A program made the position numbers and the translations under genes. From Ascidiella aspersa (lineage: Eukaryota), in contig OZ004610.1 of NCBI GenBank assembly GCA_963924565.1, forward strand, positions 34,906,001 through 34,970,000: a DNA stretch of 64,000 nt, given 5' to 3'. The notes under the pieces are model-generated. The model was not told the DNA's origin, made no database searches, and saw nothing but the letters and a program-made list of their open reading frames with translations. This document shows positions 62,201-64,000 of the stretch, piece after piece (the first letter of the stretch is position 1; every line of letters begins with the position of its first letter).

Positions 62201-64000
62201 CCTCCACTTGCGGCAAATCGGTTAGCACGATGGGCGCTTTTCCTTGGTCAGTTTAAATACAAAATCGAGTACAGGAAGACCGCCAGTCACCAGAACGCCG
62301 ATGCACTCAGCCGGTTACCAGAAGGGGAAGATGCCTATTTTGACAAAGAGGAAACTACAGATGATGTCGACACTGTTTGCACCATCACTACGCTAAGTCG
62401 TCAAGTCCAGCCCACAGACCCTAACACCATGAAGAAGGAATCCGGAAAAGATGATGTTCTTTCCCGAGTCATGCGTTTTGTCCAACACGGTTGGCCAACA
62501 ACTTTTTCCTCAAATGACCCAGCTGCAAAGTTTCGCAGGTCTGCTGATTTATTGACAGTTTCTCATGGTTGTCTGTTCTATGGAACTCGATTGGTTATTC
62601 CGCAAAAGCTACGACAGCACGTCCTACAACTACTACACCAAGGTCACTTTGGCATCCAAAGGATGAAGCAGTTGGCTAGGTCTGCAGTGTACTGGCCGAA
62701 CATTGATGACGATATTCTGAATCTTTGCCGAAAATGTTCCATTTGCGGAGAACAGCAAAACCTTCCTACTAAACCTTCTGTCCATCCATGGATGATTCCT
62801 GAAAAACCATGGAGTCGTGTTCACATCGACCATGCTGTGAATTTCTTGGGGAGCAATTGGTTGCTCATGATCGACGCCTATTCCAAGTACCCGTGCATTC
62901 ATGCTACTTCATTGATGACGTCCAAGGCGACCATGAACTTGCTCGAAGAAGACTTTGCACATTTTGGTTATCCACACACTATCGTCTCAGATAACGCGCA
63001 GGCTTTTGTTTCTGCCGAGTTCCAGGATTTCTGCCGGCAGAGGGGTATTGTTCATCTAACGGGTGCGCCTTACCACCCGTCCACAAATGGCGCCGCCGAA
63101 CGGCTAGTTCAAACGTTCAAAAAGGCAATGAAGAAGTCAGAGAAACCCCCGAAAGAAGCTTTACAGGAGTTTCTTCTTCAGTATCGAAGAACCCCAAATT
63201 CTAGCGGTTTCTCCCCGAGCGAGCTACTTAACGCTCGACAAATTCGATCGCTCATAGACACGATGGTACCATCACCTACACATGTCTTGCAACGCCAGCA
63301 ACAAAATTCCGTGTCGAAGAACAACAAACCAGTGCGTATTAGTTTTCGAAATGGTGATCCATGTTACGCGCAATATTTTGGATCTAGACACGATGGTTCG
63401 AAAAGATGGGTTCCTGCCACTATTGTTAAATGCTGTGGGAGTAGAACATTTAACGTGAGAGTATTTCCTCGTGGTCCAATCTGGAGACGTCACCTTGACC
63501 AACTTCGCCCTAGATACCCTAATGAAGACGATGACCCGGGTGAGCCTGAACTTTCATGTCCGTCAGAGCATATTCCCCTGGTCCCGTCCACTCATATACC
63601 GGCATCATCCTCACCTACTCCTCCAGATTCCCCGAGGTTTGGTCCCGACAATCCCCGTCGCTCGAAGAGACAACGTCTACAGCCGAGGAGGTTCGGCTAC
63701 GGTGTTCTGGGTGGACAATAATTTAAAAGGGGAGGTGTTGTGGAACGCAACCGCGCCATTCCCGAGCACGCGGCTCGAGGCATTCTTGTGTTATTTTAAT
63801 TGCTATGCGTTGTTTGTGTGTACGCGCTTGATTTGTGCCTACTGCAGGAATGTAATTGGTGTGTTTGTAATTACTTCGTAAGCCTATAAAAGGCTGTTCA
63901 CTTACTACTACGTTACCATTCCATTTTACTGATTTCGACTGAATACAACTTAAGTTACAACAAACTGTGCTTATTTGGACTCTGTAAAGAAGCAAGGCGC
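59247..64000 (+). mobile_element. Ty3/Gypsy LTR retrotransposon (Mag-like), apparently intact; 3' LTR runs off the window
   Basis: 5' LTR 59247-59533 (TGTTGT...ACAACA). PBS TGGCGACGAGGATGGGAT at 59541. PPT AAAAGGGGAGG at 63725-63735. 3' LTR starts at 63736 and appears identical to the 5' LTR over the 265 bp visible. Confidence 0.97.
59603..63721 (+). CDS. Gag-Pol polyprotein, 1372 aa (Gag with two CCHC knuckles, protease, RT, RNase H, integrase)
   Basis: CYRCGKTGHFAPVC and CRYCNRIGHTEDAC; LDTATS protease; LPFG and YLDD RT; CDAS/TDHKPL RNase H; H-H-C-C plus HID/SDN/AER integrase. Domain order is Gypsy-type. Confidence 0.97.
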   Translation: MEKLLETMQKQMKQQQRQHEEQMNLILSVLEKSSGPAVTNSNVAAPSFNPFDSTTELWDDYWSRFSTFVKAHAISEKRVAQVFLTNQTTTTYKLLSNLAGQSSPAKDVNDLTMNEIEGFMKDQFDPKRFIIRERFRFWSNMQRKPGETVQELAARIRHDAATCDFTSIKDPLDEALRTRFICSISNEAVLKAMFKLKSDELTFSRAIEVAMQTEDAAQVAKETVYGTSGSVRKVRGSKKPFTKSAPNEKPKEAARCYRCGKTGHFAPVCRHKNATCRYCNRIGHTEDACRKKKSDVVNSMTNVHLLKSISTRSPLHKLKVVVSLFGKFCEFELDTATSGNFLSVHDWKRIGSPKLRAPDRRFNSATEHPVPLLGMFTTPTTYGGRVFDQDFFVTKVPCLNLLGRNAICSLEISVDDILHHSSSKDCVNSVVTSGDQLYLPLQDACRGLCNEFKDIFKPELGCLKGLELEVKFQAEAKPVFFKHRSVPFALQEDVAREYDAGIARGIWTPVKFNDWGTPVVPVRKAPLSTHNRPRLRLCGDYSATVNPQLALHRHPLPLPDTLMQKLRGGFGFTKIDLADAYNQIRLGPESRKRLALSTHRGVLLQNVLPFGITSAPGYFQQIMDELTQDLPGVAVYLDDLLVSGSSAKDHLNNLRQLLQRLSEKGLRCRFEKCKFAQPTVEYLGHLLHKDGIRKASKLDAVLNMPAPKNASALRSFLGSVQFYSKFLPPSFSSIAEPLYRLTRDKVLWSWNNEESKAFRQLKTWLSSDNVLTYFDPSLPIGISCDASNVGIGAVLFHRYSDGSERPIANVSKLLSSSQRNYSQIQKEALSIIFALKKFYQYLFGREFILVTDHKPLLALFGPTKPTPPLAANRLARWALFLGQFKYKIEYRKTASHQNADALSRLPEGEDAYFDKEETTDDVDTVCTITTLSRQVQPTDPNTMKKESGKDDVLSRVMRFVQHGWPTTFSSNDPAAKFRRSADLLTVSHGCLFYGTRLVIPQKLRQHVLQLLHQGHFGIQRMKQLARSAVYWPNIDDDILNLCRKCSICGEQQNLPTKPSVHPWMIPEKPWSRVHIDHAVNFLGSNWLLMIDAYSKYPCIHATSLMTSKATMNLLEEDFAHFGYPHTIVSDNAQAFVSAEFQDFCRQRGIVHLTGAPYHPSTNGAAERLVQTFKKAMKKSEKPPKEALQEFLLQYRRTPNSSGFSPSELLNARQIRSLIDTMVPSPTHVLQRQQQNSVSKNNKPVRISFRNGDPCYAQYFGSRHDGSKRWVPATIVKCCGSRTFNVRVFPRGPIWRRHLDQLRPRYPNEDDDPGEPELSCPSEHIPLVPSTHIPASSSPTPPDSPRFGPDNPRRSKRQRLQPRRFGYGVLGGQ

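Overview
Eukaryotic, intron-rich, AT-rich invertebrate DNA. An ascidian/tunicate-like chordate is likely, but that is inferred only from gene style and the abundant TGACGTCA motif. Genes, left to right: exon 1 of peroxidasin (minus strand; the rest appears to lie left of the window); two tandem M14A zinc carboxypeptidases (minus); MFSD13A/TMEM180 (plus); a 16-exon furin-like proprotein convertase (plus); and an orphan acidic protein with an MGC N-terminus built from symmetric phase-1 micro-exons (plus). An intact, young single-ORF Gypsy LTR retrotransposon occupies the right end. Several non-autonomous hAT elements with 8-bp TSDs, a Mutator-like element with a 9-bp TSD, and piggyBac, hAT and SINE debris are also present. 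Two patterns stand out. (1) Most of the long intronic minisatellites are tandem amplifications of the exon/intron splice junction itself, seen in two unrelated genes, with up to about 113 decoy donor sites in one furin intron. (2) Short foldback elements carry a Penelope-type minimal hammerhead ribozyme core in their loop; one has an intact core and lies in sense orientation in an intron. All exon coordinates were derived by eye from GT-AG boundaries and frame continuity.
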